A stretch of 32,000 nucleotides of DNA from Staphylothermus marinus F1 (GCF_000015945.1 NC_009033.1:510001-542000); one strand, 5' to 3'. Shown: positions 1 to 8,183, numbered from the stretch's first letter. Numbers and translations are program-made. The notes: a model not told the origin generated them from the sequence alone.

Positions 1-34
1 ATTAGGGTGTTATCCATATAATCTCACCTCTTAA

Positions 35-1081
35 CTAATCATTTATATTTGTGAATAGCCAGCTTAGATCGGGGGGATTGATTCTTTTAATTCCTTCATC
101 TATTAGTCCATGAACAATTAATGGTAATGCTATTGTAGCGTCTACATAGACTGTTCTTCTCTTAGCGTTGGATTTAACTTTGCCCCAGCTAATTGCTTCT
201 TCTAGTGTTGCTCCAGATAATCCTCCCCATTGAGGAGCATCAGTAGTGATCTGAATTATGTATTCGAATCCCTTATTATAGTCTCCTATTCCTTCTTGTT
301 CGGCTAGAAGCATCTGCATAACAGTTACGAGATTAGCATAATCTTTTGGAACTCCTCCACCAATATATATTGCTGATAATTTATTGGATCGTTGTCCAAT
401 TTCTACAATTTGCTCGAAATCCTTAACCATATCTAAAACTATACTGTGACCTCTACGCTTAGCTAATATAGAAGCTATACCGTATCCACTATCAACTATT
501 GCTGGAGAAAACACTGGAACACCAGATCTATAAGCTGCTGATACTATACAGTCTATTCCTTTCTCATCAAGATATTTTCCAAACAAGTATAAGAACTCCA
601 TTGTAGAATATGTTTTGTTGTTATCAAGTGTTTCAATGAATTCTCTTATAAGATCCTCCATTTCCCTATACTTGAGTTCATCAGCATATACATCATAGAA
701 CCTATCAATTTTAAGCTTGAACAATACTGAGTCATCAACCATCGGTGAGCCTTTATAGTAGTAGTTCCCCATAGCTTCATATATGTCTTCAGAAATATTT
801 GCCCCAGTAGAAATAACTACATCCACTATTCTCTCCTCAACAAGCCACTTAATAAGTTTCCACATACCAGCTGTACTCATTGATCCAGCAAGTCCTAAGA
901 ATATCGTATTATTGTTTTTCCTAATCATATTCTTCAATATCCTATAAGCTTCTCCAAGAGCTCTCCCCTGATAAGCAGTATCAGCCATTGCTTCCAATAA
1001 TTCAGCTACACTCTTCTTTGAAGGCTCAATAGTCCTCAACTTCTCGCTTAGGTATATATCTCTACTATGACCTATAACCAT
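35..1081 (-). CDS. dys: deoxyhypusine synthase
   Basis: 348-aa ORF with full-length family resemblance. Recognised segments include YQGRALGEAYRIL, GLAGSMSTAG, VISTGANISEDIYEAMG and TTDAPQWGGLSGATLEEAISWGK. Confidence 0.9.
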   Translation of the reverse strand: MVIGHSRDIYLSEKLRTIEPSKKSVAELLEAMADTAYQGRALGEAYRILKNMIRKNNNTIFLGLAGSMSTAGMWKLIKWLVEERIVDVVISTGANISEDIYEAMGNYYYKGSPMVDDSVLFKLKIDRFYDVYADELKYREMEDLIREFIETLDNNKTYSTMEFLYLFGKYLDEKGIDCIVSAAYRSGVPVFSPAIVDSGYGIASILAKRRGHSIVLDMVKDFEQIVEIGQRSNKLSAIYIGGGVPKDYANLVTVMQMLLAEQEGIGDYNKGFEYIIQITTDAPQWGGLSGATLEEAISWGKVKSNAKRRTVYVDATIALPLIVHGLIDEGIKRINPPDLSWLFTNIND

Positions 1082-1407
1082 TCATTTTCCACCAACAAAA
1101 AAGTAAAACTTAACAAGTTATAAACAAGTGTAAATTCTCATAAAATTACAGATAGATAAGAAAACTATTAGCTTGTTCTATTATATAAACCAATCTAAGC
1201 AAAGAATTAAACTGAAGAATTAATTGATCTTAATAAATACTTTCCTTAACACAGGAACTAAACCCCAACCTGTAAGAGGAAGTTTATGAAAACTCGTAAT
1301 CAGATAAATCGGATAAATATGAAATTAATTACAGGTATGAACAGATAAAATCATGGAGGGATTCTAGAAAAAAGCTAGGATAAATATTTTATGGGAGAGT
1401 ACTAAAC

Positions 1408-1473
1408 TTACTCTTCTTTAGGTTTCTCTTCTTCCTTCTTTCCTTTCTTCTTGGATTTCCTTGCCTTGGCCAT
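1408..1473 (-). CDS. candidate micro-ORF (21 aa, MAKARKSKKKGKKEEEKPKEE); an overlapping alternative 27-aa ORF lies at 1418-1501 in another frame
   Basis: The ATG at 1473-1471 is preceded by GGGGAGGATCC, a near-perfect anti-SD complement, with 2-nt spacing. A TATA-like CTTATATTAT (1521-1530, minus sense) lies about 27 nt upstream of a second ATG at 1501. The coding tract is purine-rich. No homology was recognised. Confidence 0.25.
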   Translation of the reverse strand: MAKARKSKKKGKKEEEKPKEE

Positions 1474-1694
1474 ATGGATCCTCCCCTTTGACGGGGTTCA
1501 TGAGTTATCTTAGATATCTAATAATATAAGGATGAGTAAATCTATAGGAGTTTATTGTTGATGCAGATAGTTCATTAAATGTAGTATCATATAAGCCTAC
1601 TACAGTGTTAACATATTTTATCTCGGTTTACATATTTTAAAGTGTAATAGAGGTTTATTTATGGAAAATTTATAGGGAAAAGGGCTGTCAAAAA

Positions 1695-2432
1695 TTGAAT
1701 AATTCAGCACCAATAGATGAAGAAATTGAGAAGAATCCTAAGAGGAGGTTGCTAGAGCTTTTAAGGATTCTAGCTTCATTTTATTCTTTTAGAAAGCTTG
1801 AAGAAAAACTCGGTATACCAATGCAGACTTTGTGGAAATACTATATGTTAAAAACTATACCTGAAAAACAAACAGCAATAAAGATACTGCAGAAGATTAA
1901 GGATGCAGGAATACTTGATGAAATAGTTAGGGAGATTAGTTATGAAATAACTGATCCTATCTCCATCCTCAGCAATAGAGGCATACTTGAATTAGCAGCT
2001 TATAAAGCATCAGAAATTGCTAGGCAGAATAATATAACAGATATAATTTCTCTACCAGATTCTTACTCTGCTACAATAGCTTTCCTAGCATCACTATATA
2101 CTAGAAACAATGTTTGCCTCGCAGACCCATCATATATTGAATCCGACAGTATATGTATGGTTTTAAAAGAAGCATATAGAGCTAGACCACTATGTATAAG
2201 TAGAAGATGTCTTTCCAGGAAAAACAAGGTCTTGCTCATAGAATCAATATATGTTCCAGGCTCAATCCAAGCAATACATACATTTCTGCAAAAGAATAGA
2301 GCACATTTAACATGTGCATATATAGTATACGGTGATCCAGTAGAAATAAAAGAAGACATAAAACAAATAGCCGAGAAACCACACGTAGAGGTATTAATAA
2401 CAAAAAAACACATTCCTAGCAAAACAAAATAA
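1695..2432 (+). CDS. putative transcriptional regulator: N-terminal HTH plus C-terminal phosphoribosyltransferase-like domain with a degenerate PRPP loop
   Basis: 245-aa ORF with a TTG start. The N-terminus (RKLEEKLGIPMQTLWKYY) looks like an HTH. The C-terminal KVLLIESIYVPGSIQAI resembles the type I PRTase PRPP-binding loop (hydrophobic run, two acidic residues, xTG) but has E-S in place of the acidic pair. A TATA-like AAATTTATA lies about 25 nt upstream. Confidence 0.45.
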   Translation: MNNSAPIDEEIEKNPKRRLLELLRILASFYSFRKLEEKLGIPMQTLWKYYMLKTIPEKQTAIKILQKIKDAGILDEIVREISYEITDPISILSNRGILELAAYKASEIARQNNITDIISLPDSYSATIAFLASLYTRNNVCLADPSYIESDSICMVLKEAYRARPLCISRRCLSRKNKVLLIESIYVPGSIQAIHTFLQKNRAHLTCAYIVYGDPVEIKEDIKQIAEKPHVEVLITKKHIPSKTK

Positions 2433-2465
2433 GCCAATATAATGCCGTGTAGATTTATAAAATAG

Positions 2466-2528
2466 AGCATCAGCCCTCACACGGTTCTTCATCGCATAGG
2501 CTCAACACCGAAGTCGCTCATCATCTAA
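2466..2528 (-). ncRNA. C/D box sRNA (2'-O-methylation guide)
   Basis: The minus-sense sequence reads UUAG-AUGAUGA(C, 2524-2518)-GCGACUUCGGUG(12 nt)-UUGA(D', 2505-2502)-GCCUAU-GCGAUGA(C')-15 nt-CUGA(D, 2473-2470). An alternative C' is AUGAAGA with an exact 12-nt spacer. A TATA-like ATATTTAATT (2551-2560, minus sense) is centred about 27 nt upstream of the 5' end. Confidence 0.8.
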
Positions 2529-2638
2529 TAATATTTGGTCTCCCAGAAACAATTAAATATGCTATTAATGCCTTAAATCCTCAACATAAACAACTAGCTG
2601 TAATGACGTAACGATAAGTTTTTCATAATTTTTGATTA

Positions 2639-2693
2639 AATTCGGGAATAACTATGATCTAATGATCCCCTCATAGACTGTTATTTCCGAATT
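2639..2693. repeat. imperfect inverted repeat / 55-nt hairpin
   Basis: AATTCGGGAATAAC (2639-2652) pairs with GTTATTTCCGAATT (2680-2693) over 14 bp with one G-T. An inner stem TATGA/TCATA (2653-57/2671-75) follows, with a 13-nt loop TCTAATGATCCCC and a 4-nt 3' bulge GACT. Confidence 0.6.
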
Positions 2694-3084
2694 GAACCTT
2701 TCATAGAGTTTATACTTGTATTTAGTGTTGAGCCCGCTGAGCTATCTATTGTTCTTGATTAGTGGGAGGATCCGGAATGCTTATTATGAAGCATTAGGGG
2801 AGGTTTATATGCTTATTATTGGGAAGATGAAGTTTTGTTTTCTTGGTTCTTGACCGTGTTTATGGGAACCAGGGGGTTTCCAAGAATTTATCCCCGATCA
2901 TTTCTTAAATAGCCCCCTTTCCAGGAAGTGTTTTGGTTTTTATAATTGATGAAACCGGGGAGTTCTAGGGGTTTGGTTTACGAAGCAATAATATCATGTT
3001 TTGCTGTGTTTTTGGAAACAATTATTTTTGTTTATGTGGATTATGTTAGGGATAAATTCATGGCTTGGTATTGGTGAGATAGTA

Positions 3085-4032
3085 ATGGTTGTGGAGAGTA
3101 TTGTTTTTGGACCTATTCCTTCTAGGAGGCTTGGATTGAGTTTGGGTGTTAATAATGTTTATAATAAGTATTGTAGTTATAGCTGTGTGTATTGCCAGGC
3201 TGGACGGACGACTAGGCTAATTATTGATAGAAGAAGTTACTATGACCCCCATAAGCTTGTTGAGGTTGTTGTTAGAGGGGTTGAGGAGAAGAAGCCTGAT
3301 GTAGTATCTTTTGTTCCAAATGGCGAACCTACTCTTGATAAAAATCTTGGATTAGAGGCTAAGTTGATTAAGGAGAGGATAAATGTTCCATTAGCAATAT
3401 TTACAAATGCCTCCCTAATATATAGGGAGGATGTTGTTGAGGACTTATTATTATTTGATATCGTCTCTGTAAAAATAGATACTGTAAACGAGAAAACTTG
3501 GAGAAAACTTAACAGACCCCACCCTAAATTATCGCTTGAAAGAATTCTCGAAGGAATAATTGATTTCTCAAAGAGATACCGTGGAAAATTATTGACTGAA
3601 ACAATGCTTGTCAAAAACATAAATATTAGTATTGAAGAATACGAGGGGATAGCGGATTATCTCTCAAATATAAGATTTGATAAAGCATATATTCAAGCAC
3701 CCATAAGGCCTCCAGCAGAAAAATTCGTTACTATTCCCGATAAGGATGATTTCTTGATCGCATACAATATTTTCACTGAGAAACTAGGAGAGAATAGAGT
3801 AGAAATACTGAATTATCCCGAGCAACCATTATTTAAATTCTCGGAAAACCTTGTAGAAGAAGTTTTAAAAACAATAAATGTTCACCCAATAAGACTCGAC
3901 TATTTAAAATACATAGCTGATAAGAAAGATGTAGACTACGAAGAAATACTAGATAAACTATTAAAGACAGGGAAAACAATGATAGTAGAATATAATGGGA
4001 AAAAATTCATTGTTCCCCGTAGAATAATATAA
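3085..4032 (+). CDS. radical SAM protein, function unknown
   Basis: The CxxxCxxC motif is CSYSCVYCQAG. The N-terminus MVVESIVFGPIPSRRLGLSLGVN is typical of a conserved archaeal/bacterial rSAM family. I prefer ATG 3085 (GGTGAG SD 7 nt upstream) to the track's TTG 3001, whose extra 28 aa are F/L/W/C-rich. I saw no auxiliary Cys cluster. Confidence 0.8.
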   Translation: MVVESIVFGPIPSRRLGLSLGVNNVYNKYCSYSCVYCQAGRTTRLIIDRRSYYDPHKLVEVVVRGVEEKKPDVVSFVPNGEPTLDKNLGLEAKLIKERINVPLAIFTNASLIYREDVVEDLLLFDIVSVKIDTVNEKTWRKLNRPHPKLSLERILEGIIDFSKRYRGKLLTETMLVKNINISIEEYEGIADYLSNIRFDKAYIQAPIRPPAEKFVTIPDKDDFLIAYNIFTEKLGENRVEILNYPEQPLFKFSENLVEEVLKTINVHPIRLDYLKYIADKKDVDYEEILDKLLKTGKTMIVEYNGKKFIVPRRII

Positions 4033-4098
4033 TATAAAGGCTTATCTCTAAATAGTTATTCTTGGAAAACAATATTTTTCTCGTAGAGGTGATATCCT

Positions 4099-4647
4099 AT
4101 GAAGCCCGCACTCATAGTTATTGATATGCTTGAAGAATTCGTTCATGGAAGACTTAAGAGTCCTGATGCTGAAAAAATTGTTCCAAACATTAGGAAACTA
4201 ATAGATACTGCGAGAAACAATAATATCCCAGTAATATATGTTGCTGATAGACACTTCCCAGTAGACCACGAACTCAAACTATGGGGTGAACACGCATTAA
4301 TAGGTAGTGATGAATCAAAAATAATAAGAGAACTTGAACCAACAAGTAAGGACTACGTATTATATAAGAGAAGCTATAGTGGCTTCAGAGACACAGGACT
4401 AGACATGTTATTGAGAGACCTAGGAATAGACACAGTATTCTTAACAGGAATACATACACATATATGTGTCTTACACACAGCATGGGATGCATTCTATTAT
4501 GGATACAATATATACGTTGTAAAAGACGCTGTAGCAGCCTTCAGCCGAGAAGACCACGAATATGCTTTAAAATATATGGAGAAAAACTATGGCGCTAAAA
4601 TAGTGGATACAAGTGAAGCTATAAAGCTTCTTGGGAGTAAGGCTTGA
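4099..4647 (+). CDS. isochorismatase-family cysteine hydrolase (nicotinamidase-like)
   Basis: 182 aa. ALIVIDMLEEF supplies the Asp, YKRSYSGF the Lys and GIHTHICVLHTA the Cys, in the catalytic-triad layout of the family. A GAGGTGAT SD lies upstream. Confidence 0.8.
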   Translation: MKPALIVIDMLEEFVHGRLKSPDAEKIVPNIRKLIDTARNNNIPVIYVADRHFPVDHELKLWGEHALIGSDESKIIRELEPTSKDYVLYKRSYSGFRDTGLDMLLRDLGIDTVFLTGIHTHICVLHTAWDAFYYGYNIYVVKDAVAAFSREDHEYALKYMEKNYGAKIVDTSEAIKLLGSKA

Positions 4648-5237
4648 ATAGTATAGATATGGATCAATTAGTCAGGCTAATCAATGAATTACCTGGAATA
4701 AGTGAACGGGATAAGATCAAGTATTTATCCATTATTCTATTATATTATGAGAACAAATGTGCTGGAAGAGTATTTGTACATAAAACACTGGGATACACTG
4801 AGAGAAAAACTCGTAGTAGTATTAGTAAATTAGTGGATAAAGGTTTTCTTCATAAAACAAATTATAGTGTTTGCATAAGCGAGCAAGTCTCCAAAACATT
4901 GCAAGGACTAGTAATTAATAGGTATATCTTAGGAAAACAAGTTCTTGTCTCAATAAATAGTTTCCCACAAGAGATCCTGGAAAACATAAAGTATAAGATC
5001 CTAAGATTCCGAGACTACATAGTAATTCATACAATGGATCCTTACTCCCTAGAAATCACAGGATATACTATTAGAGATAAAATAAATATTCCAGGATTAC
5101 CTGAAGAACTAGCTATTAAATATAGGAAGCTGATCAAAGATCTTATTGGGAATAATTCATTGTTTATCCTATGGAATCATTATCGAAAATACATTTATGA
5201 CTCAATAGCATTGTTTTCTCTATATAAGGTTCTATGA
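4644..5237 (+). CDS. hypothetical protein with probable winged-helix segment
   Basis: 197-aa ORF. Its TTG start overlaps the upstream stop (GCTTGA); the alternative start is ATG 4659. The segment TLGYTERKTRSSISKLVDKGFL is wHTH-like. No family was recognised. Confidence 0.45.
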   Translation: MNSIDMDQLVRLINELPGISERDKIKYLSIILLYYENKCAGRVFVHKTLGYTERKTRSSISKLVDKGFLHKTNYSVCISEQVSKTLQGLVINRYILGKQVLVSINSFPQEILENIKYKILRFRDYIVIHTMDPYSLEITGYTIRDKINIPGLPEELAIKYRKLIKDLIGNNSLFILWNHYRKYIYDSIALFSLYKVL

Positions 5238-5966
5238 TATTACTTCATATAATGGTATTAAACGAGTTTTGCCATCAACACTTATCTTAGCGATCTTGAC
5301 TCCATAGATTTTTTCTAAGATAGTATAGTGTTTTAATAAGTCATCCTTATCTCCAATAAAGACAGGCGTTCCTCTATCTAGTATTATGAAATATTCACCT
5401 ACATCGGTGCCGAACATGATATCATGTGTTGTTAATAAAATGTTTGAAAACCTTCTCCAATCCCTGATCCATTCTATTAAGCGAGCTTTATAGTTTAGAT
5501 CCATATGGTTATCTGGTTCATCTAATAATAGATACTTCGGCTTCTTAACGAGTCCAAGACCCAGCACAACTCTTTGCAGCTCTCCGGAGCTTAGCTCGCT
5601 GAGTCTTCTATCAAGTAGATTATTTATTTGTAGCATTTTTGAAACCTCCTCCACTATTCTAAGATCCTCGTATGTCTCGAAGAAAGCTTTAGATACTGGG
5701 TACCTAGCTGTTAATAATGCTTCTTTAACGGTTAGGGATAGTATGTCTACAGCTTCTATTTGTGAAACATAAGATATTAGCTTTGAAATAGTTCTGAGAG
5801 GGTATTCACGTAGTTCTTTTCCATCAATATATATTGATCCATCATAACTTGTTATTTTAGCAATTGTTTTTAACAACGTTGTTTTTCCAGCACCATTAGG
5901 TCCCATAATACATGTTACCACGTTGTCTTTTATAGTAATATCTATGTTTTTAAGAGCAGTGATCAC
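5232..5966 (-). CDS. ABC transporter ATP-binding protein (iron-chelate/cobalamin importer type)
   Basis: Walker A GPNGAGKTT, signature LSSGELQRV, Walker B LLLDEP and H-loop TTHD are present. It is the last gene of the SBP-permease-ATPase operon. Confidence 0.9.
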   Translation of the reverse strand: MITALKNIDITIKDNVVTCIMGPNGAGKTTLLKTIAKITSYDGSIYIDGKELREYPLRTISKLISYVSQIEAVDILSLTVKEALLTARYPVSKAFFETYEDLRIVEEVSKMLQINNLLDRRLSELSSGELQRVVLGLGLVKKPKYLLLDEPDNHMDLNYKARLIEWIRDWRRFSNILLTTHDIMFGTDVGEYFIILDRGTPVFIGDKDDLLKHYTILEKIYGVKIAKISVDGKTRLIPLYEVIS

Positions 5967-6001
5967 TCCTCCATATTTTACTGTTACATTTTCAAATCTT
6001 A

Positions 6002-6955
6002 TTATCTTACCCCACCTCTCCTACGAGAAACTATGAGGAAGAGAAAAAATGGTGCGCCAAAAACTGATACTATTGCTCCCGCGGGAACTTCTCCTGTCAC
6101 GGATACTAGGAGTATTCTAGAGATATCATCGGTTATCAATAATAGTATTGAGGCTAGTAGACCTGATAAAAACAATACGTATCGGTTATCACTGCTTTTT
6201 ATCAATAACCTAGCAATATGTGGTGCTACTAATCCTAGAAAACCGATGAGTCCAAAACAGCTAACTATAAGTGAAGAAGATATTCCAGCTATTAGAATAG
6301 TTGCTAAACGATATATTCTAGGATTATATCCTAGTTGATAAGCATATTCATCACCGAGTATAAGAGCATTTAATGGCTTAGCTAGTGGGAAATAACCGGT
6401 TGCAACAAGTATGAGGGAGACAAGTATTATTGGGATATAAGAAGGAGTTGCAACAATGAATGATCCTACAAGTAAGTATAATGCGTATGGGTTAACTGTT
6501 AATATAAAGTATGATAATAGAACAGATAAGCCTGAAAATAATGAGTTGACGCCGAGACCTGCTAATACATAAGATGTTGCTCCTCCCCCAATAGATTCAG
6601 CAATAAGTACTGTGATCGCTAATGCAGTTAATCCTCCAATAATAGCTACTGAAGAATAAACTATCAGCTGAACAGATGCAAATAATAGGTAAGCTAAATA
6701 AACAGTGAAAAGAGCTCCACTACCAATACCTAGAATATAGTGGTCTACAAGCGGGTTTCTTAGACTAGCCTGTAAATATGCTCCAGCAAATCCAAGTACA
6801 AAACCAGCTGTAACAGCTTCGATCACTCTATAAAACCTATATTTTAAAACAAGATCGTTTACTGGATGATCTTCATATATGGAAAAATATATTGTTATAA
6901 ATAATAGGATGAGTAAAAAAGTAGAGATTAAAACAAATTTTGTCCTAGTATACAT
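6002..6955 (-). CDS. FecCD/BtuC-family ABC permease
   Basis: 317-aa polytopic membrane protein. It carries the family-typical GLIGFLGLVAPHIARLL segment. Confidence 0.9.
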   Translation of the reverse strand: MYTRTKFVLISTFLLILLFITIYFSIYEDHPVNDLVLKYRFYRVIEAVTAGFVLGFAGAYLQASLRNPLVDHYILGIGSGALFTVYLAYLLFASVQLIVYSSVAIIGGLTALAITVLIAESIGGGATSYVLAGLGVNSLFSGLSVLLSYFILTVNPYALYLLVGSFIVATPSYIPIILVSLILVATGYFPLAKPLNALILGDEYAYQLGYNPRIYRLATILIAGISSSLIVSCFGLIGFLGLVAPHIARLLIKSSDNRYVLFLSGLLASILLLITDDISRILLVSVTGEVPAGAIVSVFGAPFFLFLIVSRRRGGVR

Positions 6956-6966
6956 GGCTCAATTAA

Positions 6967-8145
6967 TCACCTTGTTTTCCTAAACAATGCGTAACCTATT
7001 AGTAAGCCTATAATGAATGCTGAGACGACCAGTATAGTTATCGTTATATAATCTGTTCCTTTCTCTCCCTCTTTATTCTCTGTAGAAGTTTGTGTAGGAC
7101 TGCTTGGTGAAGATGTAGTTGGTGATTCTATACTGGTTTTGGTCGTAGTGGTAATGGTTGTTGTCGTAGTAGTTGTTGTAGTGGTTGTAGTTGTCGTTGC
7201 GTTGCCTCCAAAATGTTCATCTATAATGTTATAGATCAGTTTTGGTACATTGATTATTAAGGGGCCTGGCCTGCTTAGTGCATCGGTTATTGTTTGATTA
7301 AGCAATACTATGGGGACTCCTAGATCATATAATCCAGCGTTTTTCAGAGATTCATTATCGATCCCAGTGCTTGTAACCAGTATTATGTCTGGATTCCATT
7401 CAGCAATAGTTTCGATATTTACTGCTTTCCAACCAATTGTTTCTGCAGCATTGATTAGTCCTAGCCTGCTTAATAGGTCATCTATGAATGTTGATTTACC
7501 TGCAACCCATATTCCATTATAAATTCCTACGACAACTAATACTTTAATTGCTCCTTTCTCAGCGATTAAGTTATGGTACTTATTGATTTCTGTTTCAAGA
7601 TCATTTATGAATCCTGAAATCTTATCACTTGATACATTGAATATTTGTGCAATAATACCCAAGTCAGAATATATATCCTGTATAGATTTAGCTGAGCCTC
7701 CATTGAGGTATACTACTGTGATATTATATTGTTCTAACACGTTTAGTAAGGGTTTATGCGCTCCTTTGTCAGCAAGCACTATATCCGGGTTCAACGCTAG
7801 TATTTTCTCGATGGAGACTGCACTCCACCAGTATCCTCCGACTGGTGTGATATTGTGGTTTTTAACATATTCTTCGATGTCAAAATATGGATCGGTGTAT
7901 GATATGTTATCGACTCCGACAATGAATTTTTGTAATCCTAGATAGAATAATGCCTCAGTTATGCTTGGAGCTAATGATACTACTTTTTCGGGTGTTTTGT
8001 TTAAAACTACTGTTCTATCTAGAGCATCTGTTACTATAATGCTGGAGATGCTGGGTTTTATTGCTCCAGTATAAGCTGGGTAAAGTAGTATTGCCAGTAA
8101 TAGTAAGTATACGATTAGCTTCTTCATATTGGACACCATGTCCAA
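6967..8145 (-). CDS. ABC substrate-binding protein (BtuF/FhuD-like) with Thr/Ser-rich linker and C-terminal TM anchor
   Basis: It has an N-terminal signal/TM segment. The periplasmic-binding-protein core includes PEKVVSLAPSITEALFYLG and NPDIVLA. A poly-Thr/Ser linker follows, then the hydrophobic C-terminal helix ITILVVSAFIIGLLIGYALF and RKTR. Confidence 0.85.
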   Translation of the reverse strand: MDMVSNMKKLIVYLLLLAILLYPAYTGAIKPSISSIIVTDALDRTVVLNKTPEKVVSLAPSITEALFYLGLQKFIVGVDNISYTDPYFDIEEYVKNHNITPVGGYWWSAVSIEKILALNPDIVLADKGAHKPLLNVLEQYNITVVYLNGGSAKSIQDIYSDLGIIAQIFNVSSDKISGFINDLETEINKYHNLIAEKGAIKVLVVVGIYNGIWVAGKSTFIDDLLSRLGLINAAETIGWKAVNIETIAEWNPDIILVTSTGIDNESLKNAGLYDLGVPIVLLNQTITDALSRPGPLIINVPKLIYNIIDEHFGGNATTTTTTTTTTTTTTITTTTKTSIESPTTSSPSSPTQTSTENKEGEKGTDYITITILVVSAFIIGLLIGYALFRKTR

Positions 8146-8183
8146 TTTATCTCAATAATATAAGTTATCTGGAAATTAAAAGT

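Noticed and set aside
2063-2470. Many ORF-track entries lie antisense inside better-supported genes. They are 2063-2470, 3240-3620, 6033-6338, 7310-7522, 7583-7945, 8719-8982, 11037-11219, 12029-12211, 12175-12381, 12520-12957, 12973-13155 and 13596-13805. Also 15167-15589, 16537-16785, 16965-17147, 17211-17474, 18500-18754, 20119-20328, 20654-20923, 21197-21394, 22700-22882, 24557-24805, 27347-27604, 27807-28127, 30279-30806 and 30970-31152.
   Set aside because: Each is fully or largely contained on the opposite strand of a CDS with recognisable family motifs or normal composition. Their translations are S/L/F/T/I/P-rich low-complexity strings, typical of shadow ORFs opposite K/E/I-rich AT-rich coding DNA. 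None has an SD or TATA in the right place.
2948-2966. UUGAUGA + 12 nt + CUAG on the + strand, as another C/D sRNA.
   Set aside because: CUAG lacks the essential terminal GA of a D/D' box, and no second C'/D pair or terminal stem was found.
2694-3084. Possible replication origin. The evidence is two gene-free regions of more than 600 bp (1082-1694 and 2433-3084) and several G-tract/dyad motifs resembling archaeal ORB cores. These are GGAACCAGGGGG at 2865-2876, CTTCCTGGAAAGGGGG on the minus strand at 2913-2928, and GAAACCGGGG at 2951-2960.
   Set aside because: The motifs are short and not exact repeats of each other, and they are crowded within about 100 bp with no intervening AT-rich unwinding element. 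No orc1/cdc6, whiP or other initiator gene is adjacent in this window. It is worth a consensus ORB scan or marker-frequency check, but the sequence does not support the call.
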